A stretch of DNA of 64,000 nt from contig JANWWF010000004.1 in assembly GCA_025055755.1 (NCBI GenBank), forward strand, positions 810 through 64,809. The letters are read 5' to 3'. Numbering within the stretch: the stretch's first letter is position 1; each line of letters starts with the position of its first letter. Positions 19,162 to 27,916 of the stretch are shown here, in pieces. This DNA comes from Candidatus Kapaibacterium sp. Its GTDB lineage: Bacteria; Bacteroidota; Ignavibacteria; Kapaibacteriales; NICIL-2. A program made the position numbers and the translations under genes. Below the pieces are notes generated by a model. It saw nothing but the letters and a program-made list of their open reading frames with translations, had not been told where the DNA came from and made no database searches.

Positions 19162-20324
19162 CGGAGTGCAGCAGCATGGGCAACAAGACGCTCCGCGGCA
19201 GCGAGAAGCGTTTCCTCCCGCTTGCAGAAGGCAAAGCGCACCAGGCTGCGTCCGTGTGCAGGGTCCAGGTAGAACATCTCCAGCGGAATTGCCGCAACAC
19301 CGACGTGCTCGGCGAGCCAGCGGCACCACTGGTATCCGCTTGTGCCATTAGCAACGGTGCTAATGTCCGCGACCACGTAGTAGGCGCCTTCGGGTGGGAA
19401 CACCTTCAGCGGCGTCTGGGCAAGTGCTTCCAGCAGTACCGCACGGCGCCGTGTGTAGTCGGCTTGCAACGTGGCGAAAAACTCATCGCCCAGTCGCAAG
19501 CCCTCGGCAATAGCGTACTGGAAAGGAGTTGCGCTGGCAAAGGTGGTAAATTGATGTACGCGGCGAATTGCAGTGATCAGCGGCTCCGGTCCGATTGCCC
19601 AGCCACACTTCCAGCCCGTTGCGGCAAATGTCTTGGCGCCGCTGGAGATGGTGATGGTCCGCTCTGCCATGCCGTCGAGTGTGGCAAGCCGAATGTGCCT
19701 GTGGGGCGCAAAGACAATGTGCTCATAGACCTCGTCGGCAATGGCAACCAGGTCATGTTCGATGCAGAGCTGGGCGATTGCAGCAAGTTCCTCGGGCGAA
19801 AAGACGCGTCCGGTAGGGTTGTGTGGCGTGTTGACGATGATTGCCCGGGTGCGCGGGCTCACAGCGGCACGGAGAGCATCCGGGTCGAGCCGAAAATCGG
19901 GGGGCTGGAGCACCACGGGCACAGGCACAGCTCGCACCATGCGGATATCGGGCACATACACATCGAATGTTGGCTCCAGCACAATCACCTCGTCGCCCGG
20001 CCCGACGACCGCTTGGACGGCGCACCAGAGCGCCTCGCTGGCACCACAGGTGACGCATACATTGCAGTCGGGATCAATGTGCTGTCCATACCAGCGGGCG
20101 GCATGCTCGGCAATTGCCTGGCGCAGCGCAGGCTCGCCGTGGGAGATAGCGTATTGGTTATGGCCCTCTTCTATCGCGCGGCAGGCAGCAGCCATTAGGG
20201 TTGCGGGGGGATCGAAATCGGGAAAGCCTTGTCCGAGATTGATTGCCCCCACCGACTGTGCCAATGCCGACATCTCCGAAAAAATCGAGCTGCCAAACTC
20301 AGCAACAACGCCAGAAATGCGCAT
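19155..20324 (-). CDS. PLP-dependent class I/II aminotransferase (YbdL/kynurenine aminotransferase-like)
   Basis: AINLGQGFPDF, NTPHNPTG, DEVYEHI, SGAKTFAATGWKCGW, VRFAFCK. Confidence 0.93.
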   Translation of the reverse strand: MRISGVVAEFGSSIFSEMSALAQSVGAINLGQGFPDFDPPATLMAAACRAIEEGHNQYAISHGEPALRQAIAEHAARWYGQHIDPDCNVCVTCGASEALWCAVQAVVGPGDEVIVLEPTFDVYVPDIRMVRAVPVPVVLQPPDFRLDPDALRAAVSPRTRAIIVNTPHNPTGRVFSPEELAAIAQLCIEHDLVAIADEVYEHIVFAPHRHIRLATLDGMAERTITISSGAKTFAATGWKCGWAIGPEPLITAIRRVHQFTTFASATPFQYAIAEGLRLGDEFFATLQADYTRRRAVLLEALAQTPLKVFPPEGAYYVVADISTVANGTSGYQWCRWLAEHVGVAAIPLEMFYLDPAHGRSLVRFAFCKREETLLAAAERLVAHAAALRW

Positions 20325-20354
20325 CGCTCGTCTTGATGGCTGTGTGGTTGTATG

Positions 20355-20416
20355 CAAAGTTAGGTGGCATATCGTTTGGTGCAAGCGGCAATTGTAGAGC
20401 CCGTGCCGTAGATTTG
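20355..20416. promoter_or_regulatory. Divergent pair of -7 elements: TAACTTTG (- strand, 20355-20362) and TAGATTTG (+ strand, 20409-20416)
   Basis: Two exact TAnnTTTG matches, each about 30 bp upstream of the respective start codon (aminotransferase and nuoA). Confidence 0.6.
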
Positions 20417-20443
20417 CCACTGAGCGTTACACTCCCCAGAAGT

Positions 20444-20806
20444 ATGCCCATGCTCGAGCAGTATGTTCCCGTGCTGGTGATGATGGCACTTGGGTTGTTT
20501 TTCGGCATCGTCAATGTGCTCATTGCCGAGTACATCGGACCTCGCCGCGCAACACGGGAGAAAAATTCCACCTACGAATCCGGTATGGAACCATTCAAGA
20601 CGGCACGGGAACGCTTTTCGGTCAAGTTCTACATGGTTGCCATGCTGTTTATCTTGTTTGACATCGAGATTGTGTTCATGTATCCCTGGGCAATCCAGGT
20701 GCGGAACTTAGGCGCCATTGGCTTTGTTGCGATGGTGTTGTTTATGGTGTTGCTTTTTGCTGGCTACGTGTACATCGTCAAAAAAGGAGCACTGTCATGG
20801 GAGTGA
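20444..20806 (+). CDS. nuoA: NADH-quinone oxidoreductase subunit A
   Basis: [42 protein letters not shown]; start at 20444 or 20450. Confidence 0.96.
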   Translation: MPMLEQYVPVLVMMALGLFFGIVNVLIAEYIGPRRATREKNSTYESGMEPFKTARERFSVKFYMVAMLFILFDIEIVFMYPWAIQVRNLGAIGFVAMVLFMVLLFAGYVYIVKKGALSWE

Positions 20807-21348
20807 TTAATCCTCTTGCCAACGGTGGCTTTCTGACCACGACGGTCGAAGCAGCCATCAACTGGGCGCAGGCGAATTCGCTGTGGCCAATGCCGCTGGG
20901 CATATCGTGCTGCGGCATTGAGATGATGGCGTTTGCGGCATCGCGCTTCGATGTCGCCCGCTTCGGTTCCGAGAAGATGGGCTTTACCCCACGCCAATCG
21001 GACCTGTTGATTGTTGCAGGCACAGTGACCTATAAGATGGCGTGGGTGGTCCGCAAGATTTACGATCAAATGCCCGATCCGAAGTGGGTGATTTCGATGG
21101 GTGTGTGTGCCTCCACTGGTGGGATGTTCCGCAGCTACTCGGTCGTGCAGGGCATAGACCAGTTCATTCCGGTGGATGTGTACGTGTCGGGTTGTCCGCC
21201 GCGCCCCGAAGCGCTCATCAAGGCGCTGATGACCATCCAGGAGAAAATTAAGCGGACCCGTCCGATTCTGATTGATTCGGAGGCAACGCCCGTCGAAGCC
21301 ATCGAAGTTGAGCGCACGCCGAGCGGCTTGCTGGTACCGGCGCAGTAG
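20797..21348 (+). CDS. nuoB: NADH-quinone oxidoreductase subunit B
   Basis: [46 protein letters not shown]. Confidence 0.97.
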   Translation: MGVINPLANGGFLTTTVEAAINWAQANSLWPMPLGISCCGIEMMAFAASRFDVARFGSEKMGFTPRQSDLLIVAGTVTYKMAWVVRKIYDQMPDPKWVISMGVCASTGGMFRSYSVVQGIDQFIPVDVYVSGCPPRPEALIKALMTIQEKIKRTRPILIDSEATPVEAIEVERTPSGLLVPAQ

Positions 21349-22041
21349 CTAATCCACCACCACAACCGCGGAGTCGCTACCGCTGGTAGTATCCAGCCGC
21401 AAAAGGTAAAGCCCTGGCGCGCTACCAAGCGGCAACTGAAGGACAATGCGATAGACTCCCCGCTCCTGCTGCTGTTTTGCTTCCAGCACTTGCCGCCCCA
21501 GAAGATCAAACAGTCGAATCCGAACTTCAGAACGAATATCCAGCCCGACGTAGATGACAAAGGGTTCGTCCCGCTCGATGGGGTGAGGATAGGGACCTTC
21601 CAGCCGTGCAAAGCGCACATACGGTAATGGTGGACCAATCGAACGGACGACAACCACCTGTACACGGCGCATAAGATTAATGTCGCATCCCTGCACCGAA
21701 TCGAGCGTCACGATACACACCGAATCCGAACCTGCCAACACAACACCACAAAGCTCCAAGGTGTGCTCTCCATCTGGAGCGATCATGCCCCCAACCAGCC
21801 AAAGCGAGTCATTGCGGCGTTCGAGGCGGAGCGTATCGTTCCCCACTCGTGCCTGAAGCGGATACCACACTGTTGGGTTGCTCAAGCGGAGAGTAGCGCT
21901 AAAAAGGCAATCTCCATTGGGGAGTGCTATTTGCCATTGCACACAGAGCGTGCGACCGACGATGCCCCGCGTTGTGTCGGACTGAGCTTGTGCCGGCATC
22001 GAAAGACAAAGCAGTACAGCAAGAATAAGGGCATTCTTCAC
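21349..22041 (-). CDS. Secreted protein with a T9SS type A C-terminal sorting domain
   Basis: Likely GTG start overlapping the upstream stop (GTGA); signal peptide ending AQA; C-terminal PYPHP..IRLFDLLGRQV..PGLYLLRL..VVVD. Confidence 0.8.
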   Translation of the reverse strand: MKNALILAVLLCLSMPAQAQSDTTRGIVGRTLCVQWQIALPNGDCLFSATLRLSNPTVWYPLQARVGNDTLRLERRNDSLWLVGGMIAPDGEHTLELCGVVLAGSDSVCIVTLDSVQGCDINLMRRVQVVVVRSIGPPLPYVRFARLEGPYPHPIERDEPFVIYVGLDIRSEVRIRLFDLLGRQVLEAKQQQERGVYRIVLQLPLGSAPGLYLLRLDTTSGSDSAVVVVD

Positions 22042-22805
22042 TTGGCTACGCGCTTCGCAGGTGATTTGGCTTGGGGCGATCCACTCGGCTTGACGATGAT
22101 AAAAGGCGTACAAGCGCATTGCTCAGCAACGAGCGGTCGTGCTTTTTCCGCTGCTTCGCGGGAATTGTAGTCACCAATCGTAACTGCGTACAGCGAGGGG
22201 GCTTTCTCAATGACTTCTACGATCAAGCGGCGTTCCCGAAATCGCGCTGCTTCTTGTTCGGCGACTTCCCTGGTCGAGTAGGCACCAATTTGAAGTGTGT
22301 AGCGGTCGGCAACAGGTTGGGCTGTGGGGTCCTGCCCTGCTTGCCCACGGCTATCGGAGGCGATGGTTACTCGTCCGCGCTGGTGCATGGGGTCAAGCCC
22401 TACGGTTGCCTGGACAAGGTTCTGGGCATGGATGAGAAACTCCGACAGCGGATAGCGTTGCTGATATTCCGCCAACGCAGCACGTGCTGCCGCGGTATCC
22501 CGCAGCAAGGCGTAATACTGGACAATCCGCCATTGGGAATCATCTGCCCATTCGGAGGTGGGGAACTCTCGCACAATGCGCTGATAGAGCTGGAGCGCTT
22601 TTGGTCCATCGTTTTCCACGATGGCGCTCAAAAAGAGCACGCCGGGGTCGTTGGGATATTCGTTGAGCAGGGCAGGGATTTGGCGTCGAATCTCCTCCAC
22701 TCGTCCCTCCGCAACAGCAAGAATTTTTGCCCGAATCGAAGCGTGCTGGCTCCACAGCGGGAATGCACCTGTAAGCAATCCGATTGCAATCACACGACCA
22801 ACCAT
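22038..22805 (-). CDS. Periplasmic TPR + SPOR domain protein
   Basis: Signal peptide, TPR-like YQRIVREFPTSEWADD, SPOR YTLQIGAYS...YAVTIGDYNSREAA. Confidence 0.85.
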   Translation of the reverse strand: MVGRVIAIGLLTGAFPLWSQHASIRAKILAVAEGRVEEIRRQIPALLNEYPNDPGVLFLSAIVENDGPKALQLYQRIVREFPTSEWADDSQWRIVQYYALLRDTAAARAALAEYQQRYPLSEFLIHAQNLVQATVGLDPMHQRGRVTIASDSRGQAGQDPTAQPVADRYTLQIGAYSTREVAEQEAARFRERRLIVEVIEKAPSLYAVTIGDYNSREAAEKARPLVAEQCACTPFIIVKPSGSPQAKSPAKRVAK

Positions 22806-22965
22806 CCTCGACCTGCTGTATGGTGAAACACCCTGCGCGTTGCCGCTTACGTGCGGCGCAATACTTTTGCGTCGTGCGTGAGCCAGCTGTGGCAGCGGTA
22901 ACCGTCGAATGTGCCTACTGCTGGGCTGAACTACTTATCACCATTGCACCGAACGCGTAGCAAAA

Positions 22966-24072
22966 ATGCAGAATCCATCAGCGGTTTCCATCCTTGTCGC
23001 TGCGGGGGGAACAGGCGGAGACCTTTTCCCTGTCCTTGCAGTAGTTGAACGCCTCCGGCAGCTCGGTTGTCCTCAGGGGACGATCGAGCCACTGTTTGTT
23101 GGCAACCCAGACCGTATCGAGGGACGCATACTCCCTGCGCGCGGATACTCGTTCGTTCCGATTCCCATGCGTGGCTACTACGGCGTGCGCTCGTTGCGAA
23201 CCTATTCCCTTGCATGGCGACTGCCTTCTTCGATCCTTCGGGTATGGCACGCTGTTCTTCGGGTGCGCCCACGGCTGGCGCTGCTGGCAGGAGCCTACCT
23301 GGGAATTCCCGCCGGCATTGTGGCACGGCTGCACAGGATACCGATTGTGCTTGTGGAAATCAACGCAACTCCTGGCAAGGCGAACCGGCTTCTGGCACAG
23401 TGGGCACACCAAATCCTTGTAAGCAGCGAAGAATGTCGCGCCGCATTTCCTGCTGCTGTCCGTTCGCGCGTAGTTGTCACCGGAACCCCAATCCGTCCAG
23501 CACTCCAGCAGCTCCCTCCGGTCGCCCAGGCTCGGATGCGATTTGGTTTGGCCCCTGATCGCCCTGTGCTGTTAGTACTCGGTGGTTCGCTGGGAGCACA
23601 CTCGATTAATCGGGCAATTGCAGCTCACCTTACCGCAATCTGTGCGTGCGGCTGGCAGATCCTATGGCAAACAGGCAGTGCAGAAATTCCTTCATCCCCT
23701 CCTGGCGTAGTTGTCCTCCCGTTTATCGAGGACATGGCATCTGCCTATGCAGCAGCAGAGCTGGCAATTTCTCGCGCAGGGGGCAGTACGGTTGCCGAGC
23801 TTGCCGTTACCAAGACCCCAGCAATTTTGGTTCCTTACCCTCATGCAGCGAACCGTGAGCAAGACCGGAATGCTGCCTTTCTTGCTCACTCTGGCGGCGC
23901 GGTTGTGATAGCGGATACGCAGCTGGACCATGCACTGTGGCAGGTGTTAGCACCGCTGCTTGGTGACCCAGAGCGGCGCAGCCAAATGCGCAGGGCTCTG
24001 GGGGAGGTAGCTCGTCCCCATGCAACCGACGAGGCTGCCACTATTCTCCGCGCGATGCTCTGCAGCGATTAG
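22966..24072 (+). CDS. murG: Peptidoglycan GlcNAc transferase MurG
   Basis: AAGGTGGDLFP, GKANR, TGTPIR, LGGSLGA, SRAGGST, LVPYPHA..EQDRNA; -7 element TACTTTTG at 22862-22869. Confidence 0.93.
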   Translation: MQNPSAVSILVAAGGTGGDLFPVLAVVERLRQLGCPQGTIEPLFVGNPDRIEGRILPARGYSFVPIPMRGYYGVRSLRTYSLAWRLPSSILRVWHAVLRVRPRLALLAGAYLGIPAGIVARLHRIPIVLVEINATPGKANRLLAQWAHQILVSSEECRAAFPAAVRSRVVVTGTPIRPALQQLPPVAQARMRFGLAPDRPVLLVLGGSLGAHSINRAIAAHLTAICACGWQILWQTGSAEIPSSPPGVVVLPFIEDMASAYAAAELAISRAGGSTVAELAVTKTPAILVPYPHAANREQDRNAAFLAHSGGAVVIADTQLDHALWQVLAPLLGDPERRSQMRRALGEVARPHATDEAATILRAMLCSD

Positions 24073-24380
24073 TGGAGTTTCTGTACCTCAGGCGGCACCA
24101 TCATGTTGGGGTCGGCCACCATGATCTCGCCGTACTGTTGTTCATACCGGGCTATATTCTCGCCTAACGCCGCCAGAAGCAGCTTCGCATGCTGAGGCGT
24201 CATGATAATCCGTGCATGGACACGGGCTTTTGGTACCCCAGGCAGGAGCCGAGTAAAGTCAATGACAAACTCGGCAGGGGAATGCGAAATAATAGCCAGG
24301 TTCGAGTAGATGCCTTCGGCTTCTTTTTCTCCCAGCTCGATGTTGATTTGCTGGGGCATAGGTTGATCGTGTTGTGGCAT
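24069..24380 (-). CDS. DUF3467 domain protein
   Basis: QINIEL..AEGIYSNLAIISHSPAEFVIDF..ARIIMTPQHAK. Confidence 0.9.
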   Translation of the reverse strand: MPQHDQPMPQQINIELGEKEAEGIYSNLAIISHSPAEFVIDFTRLLPGVPKARVHARIIMTPQHAKLLLAALGENIARYEQQYGEIMVADPNMMVPPEVQKLH

Positions 24381-24443
24381 AGGTTGCTCATCGTAATTGT
24401 GAACACACGAGAGTGCAATAACGAGTGCCATGCTTTCCAATTG

Positions 24444-25952
24444 TCACTGCTGCTTACGCAGTGTGTCGGCACGTTTGTATGCACGTTCGGCTTTGTCCAT
24501 TTGGTTGTTCCGTGCGTAGTAGCCGCCCAAAATCTCCCAGTACCGAGGATTCTCGCTGTATTGTGGCTCCATTGCTTCCAATTCTACCACCAGCTGACGC
24601 AGCTTATCCTTCTGGCGAATGGTCTCGTAAATGTTGAGCATGTGCTCAAGAGCGGTCAAATCGTTGCGGTGTTCGGGCAGTTGCCGATAGCGGTTGAAAT
24701 AATCAGCTGCCTTGATAAGCAACGGGAAGTAGCGCTGTTCATTTTCCTTGTACTTGGGGTCCTTTTCCTTCCGCTCACGCTCTTCTTTTTGAATCTGGGC
24801 TGCACGGTTTTTCAGGGCTGCTGCTGCATTGAATAGCGCTACATCATAGGCAGGATCAAGCTGCAGTGCTTTTTCATACTCTGCGATTGCTTCCTCATAG
24901 CGCTCTTGCTGGAACAGGAACAAAGCGTAGTTGGCAATGTAGTATTTGTTCGTTGGATTGCGCTCGATAAGCTGCCGCAGTTCTGCCAATGCTTGGTCAA
25001 TTTTGCCTTGGTCGCGGTAAATCTGTAGGCGGAGATTTTGTACCGCTTCTTCATCGGGGGTCAACACCAGCAGAGGATTGAGTGCTCCAAGTGCATCGTC
25101 GAATTGGCGCCGATTGTAGTAAATCGTTGCCGATTGGAGGTAAGGACCAAGCGATATTGGCGCATAGCGGAAGCGCTCGTCAATAGACCAGCTGGAGGGG
25201 GGATTGACACGCCAGCCTTCCACACGATAGCCTTGCTGCGACTTAGCAAGACTGGACACGAACACCGTGTCGGTGCCACGCACGAAGCGGTCGACAACCA
25301 TCGAGTCACCGGTGGTGCTCCGACTTGTCCGGCTTTGAAGAGGAGCACCAAGTGCATCAATAACTTTGTCACGCGAGATACCAAGGGAAAGCCCCGTTCG
25401 CTGGGCAAAATCAACAGCCGGCTGTAGCAATTCAATGTAGCGGCGGTATGCCACCAGTGCCTCGGCTGTATCGCCTTGCAGTTCAGCAAGGCGCCCTTTG
25501 AGGTCGTAGTTCTCTACTGCTTCTGGGCGGAGCAGAATTGCTTTATCCACCATGGACAATGCACGGTCAATATCACTCCGGTCGCGCCCTGAGACAGCGC
25601 GGTTATAAAGCTCGACAGCATTGTTATAAAGCTCTGCCCAGGCGACGTAGAAAATCTGCGGCAAGGCACGGCGCCGATCCTCATTCAAGCCGGGCTCTGC
25701 ACGCCGATATGCTTCGATCATGCCTTGCACGTCGCCCAGTTCCTTCCGCACTGCACCCAAATCGTACCATGCTTCAGCGTTTTGCGGATTGCGCTGGACT
25801 TCGCGCTCAAGCAACACACGCGCTGAATCCCACTGGGAACGTTGCATAAATTGCCGTGCACGGGCATGATCAGGAGTTAAGCGCATCAATCCTGCACATC
25901 CGCCCCACACGGCTGCCACCAGCACAACGGCAGACACCCATCGCTGTTTCAC
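24444..25952 (-). CDS. TPR-repeat lipoprotein
   Basis: Likely GTG start; lipobox-like VWGGC; several TPRs (NPQNAEAWYDLG, AIAEYEKALQLDP). Confidence 0.85.
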   Translation of the reverse strand: MKQRWVSAVVLVAAVWGGCAGLMRLTPDHARARQFMQRSQWDSARVLLEREVQRNPQNAEAWYDLGAVRKELGDVQGMIEAYRRAEPGLNEDRRRALPQIFYVAWAELYNNAVELYNRAVSGRDRSDIDRALSMVDKAILLRPEAVENYDLKGRLAELQGDTAEALVAYRRYIELLQPAVDFAQRTGLSLGISRDKVIDALGAPLQSRTSRSTTGDSMVVDRFVRGTDTVFVSSLAKSQQGYRVEGWRVNPPSSWSIDERFRYAPISLGPYLQSATIYYNRRQFDDALGALNPLLVLTPDEEAVQNLRLQIYRDQGKIDQALAELRQLIERNPTNKYYIANYALFLFQQERYEEAIAEYEKALQLDPAYDVALFNAAAALKNRAAQIQKEERERKEKDPKYKENEQRYFPLLIKAADYFNRYRQLPEHRNDLTALEHMLNIYETIRQKDKLRQLVVELEAMEPQYSENPRYWEILGGYYARNNQMDKAERAYKRADTLRKQQ

Positions 25953-26196
25953 ACGGAAACTCCAAGTGTTCGACAAGATCGCAAGGGAAAATTACGGAAC
26001 TGCTTCTGTGCAGCGGATACCGTAGAATTACGGAAAAGCCACCTACCAGTAGCCTGTCGCTGCTTTGAGCACTCCGCTGGTGAAGACAAAACTTTGCCAA
26101 TAAGCACGATGCTCCGCATTACGCGCTCTTTCGCTGCAAAGTCAAGCACAAGCATTTTTGTAACATTGCGTAGTTCCATCTACGGACTATCCCAAA

Positions 26197-27528
26197 GTGA
26201 TGAGCATCTGCAGTCCTGATAGTCCCCTTGCCGAGCAGGCGCGCGCATTCGATGCCCAGGACGACCTTGCTGCATTTCGGGAAGAATTTGTTTTCCCGAC
26301 GTCCAACGGCCAGCAGTGTGCATACTTTGCGGGGAATTCGCTTGGCTTGATGCCACGGGCAGCACGTGTGGCGGTGGAGGAAGTACTTCACGAATGGGGC
26401 ACACTGGCTGTTGCAGGACATCACGAAGCACGCATCCCATGGTACCGCTACCACGAAGACCTTGCTCCGTACTTAGCCGAGCTTGTCGGTGCCGCACCGC
26501 ATGAAGTAGTGGCAATGAACAGCTTGACGGTGAACTTACACCTTATGCTGGCATCCTTTTACCAGCCACGCGGTATGCGGCGAAAAATTCTCCTTTTGCC
26601 CGCCGAATTTCCTAGTGACCGTTACGCAGTCGAAAGTCATGCCCGATGGCACACCATCGCACGGGACGACGCCATCGTCGAGCTGCCAATGGACTCCACT
26701 ATGCGCCTTTCTACTGAGGCAATCATCAATGCAATTGAAACACTCGGCGAGCAGCTCGCCCTTGTGCACATGAGTGCGGTACACTATCTAACGGGACAAT
26801 TTTTCGATGTTGCGGCAATCACTGCGGCTGCACACCGCGTTGGTGCTATTGCAGGATGGGACTTAGCGCACGCTATTGGGAACGTTCCTCTCCACCTCCA
26901 CGCCTGGGATGTGGACTATGCGGTGTGGTGTTCGTACAAGTACCTCAACTCTGGTCCAGGAGGCGTCGGTGGCGTATTCGTCCACGAGCGGCATGTTCGC
27001 AATCGTGAGCTTGTGCGGTTGGCAGGATGGTGGGGCAACGACCCCGCAACACGCTTTACCATGCCACAGTGGTTCGAGCCAGTGCCCAGTGCCGATAGCT
27101 GGCAGCTAAGTAATGCACCCGTCCTCGCGATGGCAGTCCATCGCATCGCTTTGGAGCAATTCCATCGGGCAGGCATAGAGCGGCTTCGCCAAAAGAGTAT
27201 TCGCTTGACGGGATTTTTGGAAACTGTGCTCCAGAGCCTTGCAGTACACTATCCGCAGCTTGGCATCGAGATTGTCACCCCGTCTGACCCTGCCCAACGG
27301 GGAGCACAGTTATCGGTACGGTTTAGGGCAGGACGTGCCGTACACGACCATTTGCTTTCCCGGGGTATTGTTGTGGATTGGCGCTCACCGGATATTATCC
27401 GGATGGCACCAGCGCCGCTGTATTGCTCGTTTTTCGATGTCCTTCGTCTTGGTAGCGCAGTGGAAGAATTCGCCAGTGGTGTTTCTTCGGAAGCAGCGTA
27501 TGCCTCAACACAATCGGTATCAGCGTAG
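26197..27528 (+). CDS. kynU: Kynureninase
   Basis: YFAGNSLGLMP, MNSLTVNLHL, WDLAHAIGN, WCSYKYLNSGPG, QRGAQLS. Confidence 0.96.
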   Translation: MMSICSPDSPLAEQARAFDAQDDLAAFREEFVFPTSNGQQCAYFAGNSLGLMPRAARVAVEEVLHEWGTLAVAGHHEARIPWYRYHEDLAPYLAELVGAAPHEVVAMNSLTVNLHLMLASFYQPRGMRRKILLLPAEFPSDRYAVESHARWHTIARDDAIVELPMDSTMRLSTEAIINAIETLGEQLALVHMSAVHYLTGQFFDVAAITAAAHRVGAIAGWDLAHAIGNVPLHLHAWDVDYAVWCSYKYLNSGPGGVGGVFVHERHVRNRELVRLAGWWGNDPATRFTMPQWFEPVPSADSWQLSNAPVLAMAVHRIALEQFHRAGIERLRQKSIRLTGFLETVLQSLAVHYPQLGIEIVTPSDPAQRGAQLSVRFRAGRAVHDHLLSRGIVVDWRSPDIIRMAPAPLYCSFFDVLRLGSAVEEFASGVSSEAAYASTQSVSA

Positions 27529-27754
27529 ATTCCCCTGGGCGCTTGTGTACACGACCAATACCGTCTGGGAAGCAGAATTGGTCCGCGGGTACTTGCACGC
27601 CCGAGGGATCAAGGCAGTGGTTGTCTCGCAAGTTGACTCGATGCGGGGACTCACTGTCGGTGCACTGGCTATCGCGAAGGTGTATGTTCCTTCCCCCCTA
27701 TACGGACAAGCTCAACGTCTGCTTGCTGCATATGGACGCAAGCAGAGTAAGTGA
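27500..27754 (+). CDS. DUF2007 (putative signal-transducing) small protein
   Basis: WALVYTT..WEAELVRGYL...GI..V...VYVP...A..LL pattern; 84 aa. Confidence 0.75.
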   Translation: MPQHNRYQRRFPWALVYTTNTVWEAELVRGYLHARGIKAVVVSQVDSMRGLTVGALAIAKVYVPSPLYGQAQRLLAAYGRKQSK

Positions 27755-27916
27755 GACTGCCAACTAACCAGACACACGCGAGCAGGAGGTCACCTGTCCT
27801 AAGACCCCAATATCTGGCTTCCGTTTGCTCTGTTACAACCTTCTGCCTCCTCCTATGACATCCTCGAAGGCTTTATCCATCAAGTAGAGTGATATCGTTT
27901 CGCTAACACCTCCCAC

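Noticed and set aside
18918-20198. 426-aa plus-strand ORF
   Set aside because: Entirely antisense to the aminotransferase and dprA in a high-GC block; no recognisable motifs
25990-26035. Direct repeat AATTACGGAA x2 in the divergent TPR/kynU intergenic region
   Set aside because: Only two 10-bp copies 36 bp apart; too little to call an array or operator
19155-27528. Kynurenine pathway cluster (aminotransferase + kynU)
   Set aside because: The genes are about 6 kb apart, on opposite strands, with unrelated genes between; aminotransferase specificity cannot be read from sequence
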